Sequence record: NC_061441.1
Reading direction: 5' to 3' (one strand)
Length of the DNA stretch: 64,000 bases
In this document: positions 19,401 to 27,410 of the stretch, piece after piece
How positions within the stretch are numbered: position 1 is the first letter of the stretch
How the letters are laid out: the number at the start of each line of letters is the position of its first letter
Program-made: the position numbers and the translations under genes
The notes under the pieces: model-generated
What the model saw: the letters and a program-made list of their open reading frames with translations, nothing else
Database searches by the model: none
Told to the model about the DNA's origin: nothing

Positions 19401-21008
19401 GTCGATTGTCGCAAGATTAATCTCTGGCGCTTTCAACACAACCTGCTTAACTGCTTCGACAGGCACAACATCACCGAATGCTGCATAGATGGACGTCATG
19501 TAGTCTTGGCGCATCACCTTAGATTTGAGAACGTTCTCCACAATCTCAGTGTGCTCGCTGGTGGTACGTGCTTGAGCCACGCCCAGCTTAGACGTTCCAT
19601 CGTTGTACGTCACGGCGTAACGCAGACTGAACTCCTCGCCTTGAGGAATCTCATCATCAACAATGATACGCAACTCGGTCGGCACCAAATCTTTCACGCT
19701 ACGATTAACGTCAAACTCTTTGGTCTGGGACATATCAAACTGTCCCTGATACTTGACGTTGATATCAATCTTCGTATCGGCATCCACGCTAGGCAGATTG
19801 AGAGTTGTACCATTGAACGTGCCGAGAGAAGATGACAGAGCGATCATGCCACTATCGGTCAATTCTTTGGTCGAGCCTGTTGCAAGGTACTTACCATACA
19901 CCCGCACCTTAGCGCTGGCGTTACCGTACAGCGTTGGGCATTCGATTGTCAGTTCATCAGGGTCAGGCTCAACACCCATAGGATAGATGCGAGACTCAAG
20001 AGGCTGACTGGTTCCGTTGTACGTTAGATTCAGATTGATAACAGAGATGGCCAGAGGCTCATTGAAGCGCACTGCATTACCGTCACGTTCTGCAATCCAA
20101 TCAGAGTCTTCTACCCACACTTCTACCGTTTCTTCCGTATTATCACTGTAGCTGATAACAGCGCCAAACGTAGTCCACTCGCCACCGCGAATGAACTCAG
20201 GCTGGATGAATGCGATTGAGGACTGGATAGGTCTACCAATGTTGAAACGACGTACTGGTTCGACAACGACGTGAGCACCGAGATACAGCTTCGCACCGAT
20301 ATTAATCGCGGCATAGACACCCTCCAATACTTCTTCAATAGGTGCCCACTGATAGAACAGGTCTGCAATACGGCGCTGGAACATTGCGCTTCGTGCCGTG
20401 TACTGTTCAACATCGTTATTCACAGGCTCAAAGCCGATATGGTTGTTGAACCAATCTTCCGCTTCTTGCTGCGTCATGCCAACTTCTTGCAGAGCGTTAA
20501 CAACATCCTGTTCCGCATCTTTCGTAATCGTCAGGTCAAGGCCACCGTCAATTAGATGTGCATCGACTTCGAGATTCACCTTGTTCGTTTTGTACCACGT
20601 ACCTCCGTCCTGAATGAGAGTACCAAGAGGTGTGGGCACGAATGTCTGATAGTCCGCCGTATATAAGCGCGTAGAATCAAACTGACCACCTAGAAGCATA
20701 CCAACGAACTTAGGCCATTGAGTAGTACCAGACACCTGCTGCCAATCAGGCAAACAGTCAATGACGCGTTTCAGCGAAGGCAAACGATACTGCATCAGGT
20801 CGCGTGTGATGTTGATGCCAAGCTGGCGAATAGCAGCTTCGGCCAGCTCGTCGTTTGTGTCTGCGGTGATACGACGAAGGTCCAACAGTTGTTGAATGAC
20901 TGTCAGGTTCTGTTCGTCGTTGTGCGCGTCAAGCATCTCGAACAACTCTGCCCATGCTGGATTGCTTTCAATGAAGTCAATGTTGAAGGCTAGAGTGTTT
21001 GTCTTCAC
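16473..21008 (-). CDS. Large baseplate wedge protein with multiple Ig-like domains (1511 aa)
   Basis: Follows the gp6/J-like gene; N-terminal tail-I/gp7-like region, many Ig-like repeats (V.ATY.DGS..., W....). Confidence 0.65.
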   Translation of the reverse strand: MKTNTLAFNIDFIESNPAWAELFEMLDAHNDEQNLTVIQQLLDLRRITADTNDELAEAAIRQLGINITRDLMQYRLPSLKRVIDCLPDWQQVSGTTQWPKFVGMLLGGQFDSTRLYTADYQTFVPTPLGTLIQDGGTWYKTNKVNLEVDAHLIDGGLDLTITKDAEQDVVNALQEVGMTQQEAEDWFNNHIGFEPVNNDVEQYTARSAMFQRRIADLFYQWAPIEEVLEGVYAAINIGAKLYLGAHVVVEPVRRFNIGRPIQSSIAFIQPEFIRGGEWTTFGAVISYSDNTEETVEVWVEDSDWIAERDGNAVRFNEPLAISVINLNLTYNGTSQPLESRIYPMGVEPDPDELTIECPTLYGNASAKVRVYGKYLATGSTKELTDSGMIALSSSLGTFNGTTLNLPSVDADTKIDINVKYQGQFDMSQTKEFDVNRSVKDLVPTELRIIVDDEIPQGEEFSLRYAVTYNDGTSKLGVAQARTTSEHTEIVENVLKSKVMRQDYMTSIYAAFGDVVPVEAVKQVVLKAPEINLATIDIIVPDTVVERDIIRPKAMALYVLASATAEQIAARDPTIVVAYTEVFGVWFSSEDSATGVNALPRVDQQTGEFEAPLVDGNALPYALNFSYIEGSGVQTFNRIIMINDTIMIPKSVDLRSSPTISSGSTLMLPIMCLWNNGLSYAAAAAATVEYLPSDSAREEARARTIRLQQQAVEQGQDPSQFDPDNPDYARWVTLNISFSTIDVYDPVMKRSVKEYVLYYQGDLHGSARVHLTYEFEGTTLTNYRDLQLIPVRSLVDSITIECPDTMYEKSRTFVRLLATYVDGSQEYVTAAEWTGNWPEKNEDEYKFLQFSPGRYSGSAVVEIIEGRAPADYKDFRSMDVSKLPMFNAIGSLADLDKAYYDGAILQTGKSLTDYDTYTQVIASFFRVSNKIDLIVSPAPKQSINNIINSRIEGATQISAGVLNESYTLVNTYKTGGVMRTLDGSYAEETPRTFDLEVDSEWSVVQNYYTQDGPNNTQVLIPTTDVVAEIDAEGTLTPSQNVNGAVMLRARYTCDQYQIEKTLLVFLVQANTYLRQIGIVGPDVVWDVSDRNPTIGYENGRWYVPYSLRVIIDPDDEFLSTDAIWSIGDETNVDGVSIDPLNGHLFIGQSQLSDGQIGLRAVFTKQNPQSLADETITGTRTIQLQTQNTILNGYIENPAGNINPNTDYRFIAYYQRRSGAGGSSAIPDANSVKFKWNVINSVSGFSLAQDGTFRFPASKDPQTVKVECIITEQRTEISLVQEITCPGVGFPQDLTVGGYTNVRDDSSMQMNALLGRTGTFVKDDVSAKCLWQITNSKGDVVDVQGISINAQTGRLTIGLLLNDTDFGVKALYIEGQQRLTQTHFMKAMSSYPRFGIAPFGITGVSIALAQLPTRLRSNNGGQFVLSTKTDEYGYFVVRQSYGQAVFAAAADSTGAVNKGWLGFDGAQWPVTGDNGKKGPIVGKVVYDNLTENVLIYRTNARAFGTAVITVRYQ

Positions 21009-22468
21009 TGGTTCATCTTCCTTTCGCTGTAGGTGATGTTAATGCGAAGGTTGCGCAGCGCCACATACTCAAGCATCGTGTTAGGAATGATATCCTGAAC
21101 AGGGCTTTCGATGTTGCAGTAGTCCACTACAGCTCTACGCTTAGGCTGGTCTACATCAGTCCAGTCATACAGCACACGGTCTGTAATGTCAGACAGAGCA
21201 AGGCGTTTACCCAGCATACCAGGACGGCGCTCAAACAGTTTAAGCACGGACGCTTCGAGTGTAGCCTGATTTGATTCACGCGTACCAGGTGCGTCGGCGT
21301 ACAGAGCCACATTCAAGATGCAGTCAATCTGGAGCTTATCAGGGTTCCACGATTGCACATCGAGAGGACTGTGGTACTGTGCAAGCCAATTCAAGAACTT
21401 CGTCCATTGCGCAGACGTAGGATTAGGATTAATGCCTCCCCACGTGCTGGTGTTACGGGGCAGAATGCAGCAGCGCACAACGCCTTGCCATTCACGATCA
21501 TTTGGTGCAATCTCCGCCTGACCTTGAACGACAACATCAGCAACGTCTGGATAGAGTGCGATGGCCGCTTTCCATTCGTCACGGCGAATCAGCTTCTTAC
21601 GACTGCGGCCGACGATAGGGCTGTAGTTGCGGTAGTAGTCCACAGGTGTTTCATCAGAACCACCGAGACACGCGCTAACAGTTTTGCCTTGCAGTTGTGA
21701 GTTAGACAGGCACTGCACTTTCAGGCCGATACTGTCTGTGTTGCTCGACGCACCAAGTGCTTTGATTCCCTGCACTTTCATCGTATAGCCAACAGGAGGT
21801 TGTGCTCCCCACTGCTCACCGCCGAATTGAATCTCAACGTCGCCTTCATCCGTTGTCACGTCGAGGAAGATTTGCTGGTCAGCATACGCTTCAAACAAAC
21901 ACTTGTCGAAACGCTGGAACTCAATCTTCGTGCCAGTGGGATGTTCGAACCACACACGCAGTTCATCGGTCAACTGGAAGTTCTCGGTACCAAGTCGAAT
22001 CGACATGTAATCGACAGCGTTAGGCACTACCTGACTGAACGTGAATGTTTCGGCAATGATGAAGTCCACGTTTTTAACTTCGCCTGGTTCCCACTGCGTA
22101 ACTTCCGCCAACAGAGCGTTGAAGTTACCTATAGTGAACGGCGTGTACTTATCGTATGACTGTTTGATAGACGACAGGTTAGCAACCGAGGCCGTTACTG
22201 TAGATACGGATTTGCGTCCAATATCAACGCCGAGATAGCGGGCGTTAGCGAGGATTGAAGTATTACGTCTGGCCAGACGACTGAACGCTTCACGCGCAGC
22301 AATCAGGTTAGCGTATGAGTTCGTTACACCGATATCGCCGAGCGCATCCGCAAGCAATGACGTCAGGGAACTTACCTGCGCATCCGTCCAGTAACTCGAT
22401 TTGTTGATACGCGAAAGGAAGTCTTGTGCAAACTCCTCGTGCGTGGTGTAGGTGTTAAGCATGGACAT
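21005..22468 (-). CDS. Baseplate wedge subunit (T4 gp6 / baseplate J-like, 487 aa)
   Basis: LARRNTSILANARYLGV, EIQFGG..WG..PP.G, GGSDE..DYYR..P motifs characteristic of gp6/J proteins. Confidence 0.8.
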   Translation of the reverse strand: MSMLNTYTTHEEFAQDFLSRINKSSYWTDAQVSSLTSLLADALGDIGVTNSYANLIAAREAFSRLARRNTSILANARYLGVDIGRKSVSTVTASVANLSSIKQSYDKYTPFTIGNFNALLAEVTQWEPGEVKNVDFIIAETFTFSQVVPNAVDYMSIRLGTENFQLTDELRVWFEHPTGTKIEFQRFDKCLFEAYADQQIFLDVTTDEGDVEIQFGGEQWGAQPPVGYTMKVQGIKALGASSNTDSIGLKVQCLSNSQLQGKTVSACLGGSDETPVDYYRNYSPIVGRSRKKLIRRDEWKAAIALYPDVADVVVQGQAEIAPNDREWQGVVRCCILPRNTSTWGGINPNPTSAQWTKFLNWLAQYHSPLDVQSWNPDKLQIDCILNVALYADAPGTRESNQATLEASVLKLFERRPGMLGKRLALSDITDRVLYDWTDVDQPKRRAVVDYCNIESPVQDIIPNTMLEYVALRNLRINITYSERKMNQ

Positions 22469-22470
22469 GG

Positions 22471-22893
22471 TTACTGGGACCTCATGGCAAACGTAACGGA
22501 TTCTTTCGATTCGAGCTTAGGACAGCGCCACGTAACGATACACACGTAGGTCTGTTCGTATTGCTCGCTCATTGTACACGCTGTCTGCACGTTGGTCACA
22601 TCATTCGTAAGACCGTTAGCTGGGTCTTCGAGCGCAAGACGCATGTACGTTGCAATCCAGTCGGCTGTAGTCTGGTCGAAAGGTTCAAATAGGTATTGAT
22701 ACACGTCAGCACCAAACGACTCACGCCATTTGCGAGACTTTTTGCGAGTACCAATGACCATTAAAATCTTCTGGACAATGCTGTCCATGTTCTGCACGTT
22801 ATCACGCGGTTCAAGTTGAATCCACGCATTGATATCACAATAGACTCGCTCGCTGATAGGAACGTCTATTAGTCTGACTCCGATTCCTGCCAT
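22471..22893 (-). CDS. Baseplate wedge/sheath-initiator protein (T4 gp25-like)
   Basis: SIVQKILMVIGTRKKSRKWRESFGADVYQYLFEPFD matches the gp25 pattern (I..T..GER...P.FG..L...LFEP). Confidence 0.85.
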   Translation of the reverse strand: MAGIGVRLIDVPISERVYCDINAWIQLEPRDNVQNMDSIVQKILMVIGTRKKSRKWRESFGADVYQYLFEPFDQTTADWIATYMRLALEDPANGLTNDVTNVQTACTMSEQYEQTYVCIVTWRCPKLESKESVTFAMRSQ

Positions 22894-23183
22894 TAGCCAA
22901 ATCTCACGTTAGAGCTACCGTTAGAAGCTGTGTCGCCACAACTGTTTCCATCACCAGCACGTTGAGCGGGCTTGCCGTTAACACGCACACTTGAGCTTGA
23001 TGTTGCTTTACCAACATGCGGAGGTTTCTTAGGCTTCCAGTGTGGCTTATAGGCGTCACCGCTGCGAACGCTTCCCTTGCCGTTGACAAGCACATTCGTT
23101 GATGCCTGTGCTGGGACGACAGGGAAATAACCGCTGTGACCTGTAGACAGATCTGTGCCAAGTCGAATAGCTTTCTGACCCAT
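22893..23183 (-). CDS. PAAR-repeat spike tip protein (gp5.4-like)
   Basis: RLGTD..GH, STNVLVNGKG..RSGD, VRVNGKPAQRAGD..CG..SNGSSNVRFG; RBS GAGGAG. Confidence 0.9.
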   Translation of the reverse strand: MGQKAIRLGTDLSTGHSGYFPVVPAQASTNVLVNGKGSVRSGDAYKPHWKPKKPPHVGKATSSSSVRVNGKPAQRAGDGNSCGDTASNGSSNVRFG

Positions 23184-23206
23184 GATTATTCTCCTCTGTT
23201 AGACAC

Positions 23207-23214
23207 AAATTAGC
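23207..23214 (-). promoter_or_regulatory. Putative late-promoter motif GCTAATTT
   Basis: Between a terminator and the PAAR start (24 nt upstream). Confidence 0.55.
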
Positions 23215-23228
23215 TTGTTAGGCCGCAG

Positions 23229-23263
23229 AAACAAAAACGGGCAGCCTCATGGCCACCCAGTTT
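23229..23263 (-). terminator. Rho-independent terminator closing the non-coding locus
   Basis: GGGTGGCC-ATGA-GGCTGCCC followed by GTTTTTGTTT on the minus strand. Confidence 0.8.
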
Positions 23264-23292
23264 CTGTGCTTGGATTTGTGTCGCTCATTCCC

Positions 23293-23451
23293 TCACACCC
23301 GAAGCGAGTGCCCGACGGCTTTAGCCGATGAGCCGGAATGAATGTCCGAGAGTGACGATACACCTGGTATCGACAGCATGTGACTCTCGGGCCATGATAG
23401 CAATAGACCAAGCATCGCTATTGCCACCAGCGACACTAAGAACAAAAGCAT
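23293..23451 (-). CDS. Unannotated small membrane peptide, 52 aa (MLLFLVSLVAIAMLGLLLSWPESH...HSLRV)
   Basis: GAGGAG RBS 6 nt upstream of ATG; first 19 residues form one TM helix; below the ORF-track length cutoff. Confidence 0.5.
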   Translation of the reverse strand: MLLFLVSLVAIAMLGLLLSWPESHMLSIPGVSSLSDIHSGSSAKAVGHSLRV

Positions 23452-23510
23452 GTTTCGCTCCTCGTGTCTTACTTTAAATAACTACGTTTGATCAACTGGT
23501 ACTTTGTTCT

Positions 23511-23538
23511 GCTCGTCGCCCAACATCACTTGAGTATC
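23511..23538. repeat. 28-nt direct repeat, copy 1 (GCTCGTCGCCCAACATCACTTGAGTATC)
   Basis: Identical to 23900..23927; flanked by complementary GTTCT/AGAAC. Confidence 0.95.
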
Positions 23539-23899
23539 AGAACGTTTCTCTGTCTTTACCGCCTACGTTGCGGTTATACCGCGCACGACACTCACATATC
23601 AAGGGCACTCGGCGGAAAGGGTAAGTTCCGAATGTCCTAACAACATGAGTGAAGCGAAGGAGGTCCCGTATCGGTGATCTGCAGGGGTTCACGCACTTTT
23701 AACATTCGCTTCTTTGTGCATTAGATCTTTCGTGGACTCGAATGCCCTGCTAATCATTCCACTAAGATATTTCACACCCTATTGTGAACGGGTCAAGCTA
23801 TGGCAGCACGTCAGCACGGCAGGCAGCGGACACACTCCATTAAGCATTGTTAAGGGCAATGCTCAACAGGCTGTGAACAGCTTGGTCGGAATAGGTTTC

Positions 23900-23927
23900 G
23901 CTCGTCGCCCAACATCACTTGAGTATC
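23900..23927. repeat. 28-nt direct repeat, copy 2
   Basis: Identical to 23511..23538; flanked by complementary TAGGT/ACCTA. Confidence 0.95.
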
Positions 23928-24497
23928 TCGACCTAAACTTTTACTCTCCACACGACTACAAGGAAGAATCGCGTTTCTGTGACCTGCGGATGTTTATCAC
24001 TCTCAGACTCTTGAGCCACTATCTGGAAGCTAACACGCTGAGTCGTCCGCTGGATGACGTGTTAGCTCTCCTCTCCTCGTCGTGCGAAGGCCAGAGTGGT
24101 AGCTGATGGATTGTCATGAAGGAATCCCTGGGGGTCATCGCTTCCCAATGCACACAGGGTGAAAGCCTATGCACATCAGGCAGCGTCTGCTGCGGTACTG
24201 CTGTCCCCTTGAGAGTGGCCATAGCGTTGAGTTTGCGCTTCGCCAGTCTACGTGCCTGGAAGGTATCTGCCGTGCCTATGTCTGCATTCAGCATGGTTCC
24301 TTTGCTGGGCCTTTTGGGCGTCAGCGACAGAGCAGATATTCATCACGTGGGTGCCGGGGTTGTCCTCACGATTACAGAGCGAACTCAAACCGGCTGGAGG
24401 CCCATATGCTCAGGAATGCACATACGAGTTTACCAGAAGAACGGCCCCGCTATGGTAGCGTTCTTCCGAGACATACTGATATTACTATCTGCAATTT

Positions 24498-24507
24498 TTA
24501 TTTACAG
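24498..24507 (-). promoter_or_regulatory. Putative promoter element CTGTAAATAA
   Basis: AT-rich inverted-repeat context (ATCTGTAA..TTGCAGAT); identical decamer upstream of the ligase gene. Confidence 0.35.
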
Positions 24508-24514
24508 ATTTTTC

Positions 24515-24577
24515 TTAACCTTCGCCCCAACCACAAGAAGCAGGTTTACCGTCACCGTAACCGATTTTAAACAGCAT
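24515..24577 (-). CDS. Unannotated 20-aa peptide (MLFKIGYGDGKPASCGWGEG)
   Basis: AAGGA RBS overlapping the stop of the upstream gene; codon choice (GGT, AAA, GCT, TCT) like the highly expressed genes. Confidence 0.45.
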   Translation of the reverse strand: MLFKIGYGDGKPASCGWGEG

Positions 24578-24586
24578 AGTTAGTCC

Positions 24587-26347
24587 TTAGAACGCTTTAC
24601 GTTCGATGTTGGAGTAGTACGTGTCATATGGTTCGCTGTACAGCTCTGGGCCGCGCTGCGCACGAATGGTCACGTAACCAGTGTGTCGGTTGAACGCGAT
24701 GATTTCGACTGTAGGCTGTTTCGGCTTGATGGTCGAATAAATCGGAGCGTTCATGGTTGGTTCGTCTGTCTGAATCTTATTTACAGATTGCAGAGCAGCA
24801 CCAGATAGCGTAGGCAGATTGAATCTGATTTCCGCACGTTTCTGGCCGAACGCAATTTTGATTACACCAGCAGGAAGCTCAACGCCGTTCTGTTTCAGAT
24901 ACGCGCCAATGCGACGAGCGATACCAGTCAACTGATCGCGTGTGCGAGGGTCGAATGTACCTTCGAAGCTGATTGCTTCTGCTGGCTGGCGCACGGACAG
25001 ATGCAGACCTGTGTTGAAATAGCCTTCGGTCAGCAGTCGCAGCACTTCCTTCACGACTTCTTTCGTGTTGGATTTGATGGCAGCGATTTTGAGTTCAGGC
25101 ACGTCAACCTTAATCGGGTCACGCAGTTCGGTCTGGTTGTCCATGTAGCCGAGTGATACGTGTTTCGCTTTGGTGTACGTGTGCTGCAACACACCAGTAG
25201 CGCGAATCAATACAGAGCCAGACTTAGACTGATCGTACAGTTCGTCGCTGGTGGTTGTGCTAAACAGGTAGTAGTCTGTAGGCACTGCCATGCGATTAAC
25301 TGCTTCAACTGCTTTCGTCTGTACTTCTTTTACAGTTTTACCGAAGACAACACGACTACGGTTAGGCTGTGCGGCCGAGACAGGGAAGAAGGCGCCGTAT
25401 ACAACCTGCACGTTCTTCTGAATAGGCTTGGAAGAGTTTACCTTGATACCGCCTTGCAACGGAGGTAGCTTCACGCCCACCAGCTTACCGTTAACGATAG
25501 CTTTGTTTGCTACAACAGGCTTGAGGCCAGACAGCAGTTTCTGCAACTCAGCGCCATCAAGAATCTTCTCAAGCGGAACAGCAAGGTTCTGCGGCAGATA
25601 GTGTTTCTTGCGGAACGAGTAGATAACCGTGTCTTTCTTGATCTGCAAAGGCGTAGCCATGTTGCGACCAATCTGACCTACAGGCTGGAACGTGTTCTTC
25701 TTGTCATCCGCAATGGTACCGAATGCTTTCGTGAACTCAGACTGTCCGATGATGTTAGCCACACGCTGGTGACCACGAACGATAAACACGATCTTCGGTT
25801 CATCTTTCAGGCGCAGTTCGTAACGGTCACGGTTCAGATAAACCATGCTGTACTTATCGCCTTTCTCCAGCTCAAGGTCATACTCATCGTTGGCGTCATC
25901 AACCACGACTTTCTTACCTTGATACGTTGCGTACTGACGAGCAGCAGACTCGGAGGCAATCTCCATAGCCTTACCAGTATTCGACAGCGCAACAGCAAAG
26001 TCAGTTACAGCAGGCATCAGGTCAACAGACGATGCAACCGCATAACTGTTACGGCGTTCACCGAGATGCAAATGCACGGCACTTGAAGCAGACATGAATA
26101 CAGTGTTACCTGTGTCTTCATGCTTACCTGCAAAGTTCATGCCGCTAATGCGTTCGATGATGTTGGCGCTTAACGCAGGAAACGCGATATCGCTACCAGC
26201 AGTGAAGTCAAAAATCTCACCGTGACGCCATGCGTATGCCACGTTGTTCGAGCTAAGACCGACAAACGCATCGCCGATCTGCTTAACAGTCATCGGCATG
26301 ATACTCAAGTCACGAATGACCGAGTTTTGCTTTTGAATAAGATTCAT
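24587..26347 (-). CDS. Putative internal head/virion protein (586 aa)
   Basis: N-terminal region with S-x-S motifs, followed by the repeated YxYxG..l..GD.. domain shared with three other ORFs. Confidence 0.6.
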   Translation of the reverse strand: MNLIQKQNSVIRDLSIMPMTVKQIGDAFVGLSSNNVAYAWRHGEIFDFTAGSDIAFPALSANIIERISGMNFAGKHEDTGNTVFMSASSAVHLHLGERRNSYAVASSVDLMPAVTDFAVALSNTGKAMEIASESAARQYATYQGKKVVVDDANDEYDLELEKGDKYSMVYLNRDRYELRLKDEPKIVFIVRGHQRVANIIGQSEFTKAFGTIADDKKNTFQPVGQIGRNMATPLQIKKDTVIYSFRKKHYLPQNLAVPLEKILDGAELQKLLSGLKPVVANKAIVNGKLVGVKLPPLQGGIKVNSSKPIQKNVQVVYGAFFPVSAAQPNRSRVVFGKTVKEVQTKAVEAVNRMAVPTDYYLFSTTTSDELYDQSKSGSVLIRATGVLQHTYTKAKHVSLGYMDNQTELRDPIKVDVPELKIAAIKSNTKEVVKEVLRLLTEGYFNTGLHLSVRQPAEAISFEGTFDPRTRDQLTGIARRIGAYLKQNGVELPAGVIKIAFGQKRAEIRFNLPTLSGAALQSVNKIQTDEPTMNAPIYSTIKPKQPTVEIIAFNRHTGYVTIRAQRGPELYSEPYDTYYSNIERKAF

Positions 26348-26355
26348 ATAAATCC

Positions 26356-26790
26356 CTAATACGAAACAAGGCGGAAGGCGTTCTGCTTGAGCAGATTGAG
26401 ATTGCCCAGCATTAGGCTGTAGGCCAGAGTGCCGTGCTGCGCGATCAGACTATCAGGAACGATAGTCCCGAAGTAAATCGAGTTGTCTGGTCGCGTGTTA
26501 ATCTCCTCACCAATAGACTTCATTGCGTCAGGGACAACGAAGCACCACGGTTCAGCAACGTATCTACCACGCACGTACTGAACTCTATAGCCAACAGCCA
26601 TGTGCTGGCCTTCGGTAGGGCGGCACGAAAAAACATCCGCGTTCTGGTTGCGAGACTTACGAACCGCGAACAGCACCATAGTCAGAAAGCGTTGTTCGAA
26701 CTGCGGAATGAATGCGTTATCTTCGCAAATCTTTTTCAGAACCGCCTCTTGTCGAGCTTTAGGCATCGACGAGAACAAGTTTAAGTTCAT
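26356..26790 (-). CDS. Hypothetical protein (144 aa)
   Basis: ORF coupled to tmk by a 4-nt overlap. Confidence 0.7.
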   Translation of the reverse strand: MNLNLFSSMPKARQEAVLKKICEDNAFIPQFEQRFLTMVLFAVRKSRNQNADVFSCRPTEGQHMAVGYRVQYVRGRYVAEPWCFVVPDAMKSIGEEINTRPDNSIYFGTIVPDSLIAQHGTLAYSLMLGNLNLLKQNAFRLVSY

Positions 26791-27401
26791 GATAGCTTGG
26801 CGAGAATCTGACGAACAACGTCCGACACCGAATTGACCTCAGTATCAATAACTAAATCAAAGCCGCCAGGCACTTCAAGGTAGCGCTGATTGTATTGCTC
26901 GAACACTTCTTTGGTCTGACGCTTTTCAATGCGGTCTTCACCACCGATGCGGATCTTACGACGCTCAACGGAAGTTTCATAACCACAGGTCAGCAGCACG
27001 GTCAGTCGGTTCTCAGGAGCAAGCGCTTCCCAAGTGTGCTGATAGATGTGTGCGTTAACATCTGACTCACCCGCCTGATAGACGTATGTTGATGGGTACC
27101 CACGGTCAGCAATGATAACGGTATCTGGTTCGTTTTCCAGAATACGCTCATAGGCTGTCATCGTGGAGGAACGTGCAGCAAGGAAAAGCAGCAGTTCCGT
27201 ACGCGGGTCCATACCTTCGTTAAGAGGGTTTGAATTGGACAGCAGAACATCACGAATGTGTTCGGCTAAAGGCGTACCACCAGGCTCTCGCAAACGCAAA
27301 GTCTTTGCGCCGCGTTGTGTGAGAATCTCAGACAGAGCAGTACATACAGTAGACTTACCGCTACCCTCTGGGCCTTCGACTAAGAGATAGATTGAGTTCA
27401 T
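26787..27401 (-). CDS. tmk: Thymidylate kinase
   Basis: P-loop EGPEGSGKST, REPGGTPLAE, ELLLFLAAR, DRGYPSTYVYQ. Confidence 0.93.
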   Translation of the reverse strand: MNSIYLLVEGPEGSGKSTVCTALSEILTQRGAKTLRLREPGGTPLAEHIRDVLLSNSNPLNEGMDPRTELLLFLAARSSTMTAYERILENEPDTVIIADRGYPSTYVYQAGESDVNAHIYQHTWEALAPENRLTVLLTCGYETSVERRKIRIGGEDRIEKRQTKEVFEQYNQRYLEVPGGFDLVIDTEVNSVSDVVRQILAKLS

Positions 27402-27410
27402 AATGAGTCC

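Larger units (their letters stand above)
23264..24510 (-). ncRNA. Candidate large structured non-coding RNA locus (about 1.2 kb), family unrecognised
   Basis: The only long gap in an otherwise packed genome. AT-rich promoter-like element at about 24490-24510 and terminator at 23229-23263. Many nested perfect helices (e.g. 24028-37/24058-67, 23651-58/23705-12, 23346-53/23383-90, 23278-85/23429-36) and an internal 28-nt repeat. Confidence 0.55.

Noticed and set aside
23511-23927. CRISPR array interpretation of the 28-nt repeat
   Set aside because: Only two copies, 361 nt between them, no cas genes in the window.
23700-23990. Group I intron, tRNA, tmRNA or hammerhead interpretation (AAGATAT, ACGACTAC, ATTCGAGTCC, GTGATG...GAAAC fragments)
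   Set aside because: P/Q/R/S-like fragments are in the wrong order or strand and no gene is interrupted; T-loop-like sequence lacks a 5-bp stem and acceptor arm; no CUGAnGA core or CCA end.
24019-24294. 91-aa minus-strand ORF (MLNADIG...)
   Set aside because: Only a closely spaced AAGGA, no protein-like features, and it crosses the strongest helices; not excluded, but not supportable as a gene.
23714-24583. Plus-strand ORFs of 130, 155, 133 and 68 aa in the non-coding gap
   Set aside because: Opposite to every gene in the window, no convincing RBS, atypical composition.
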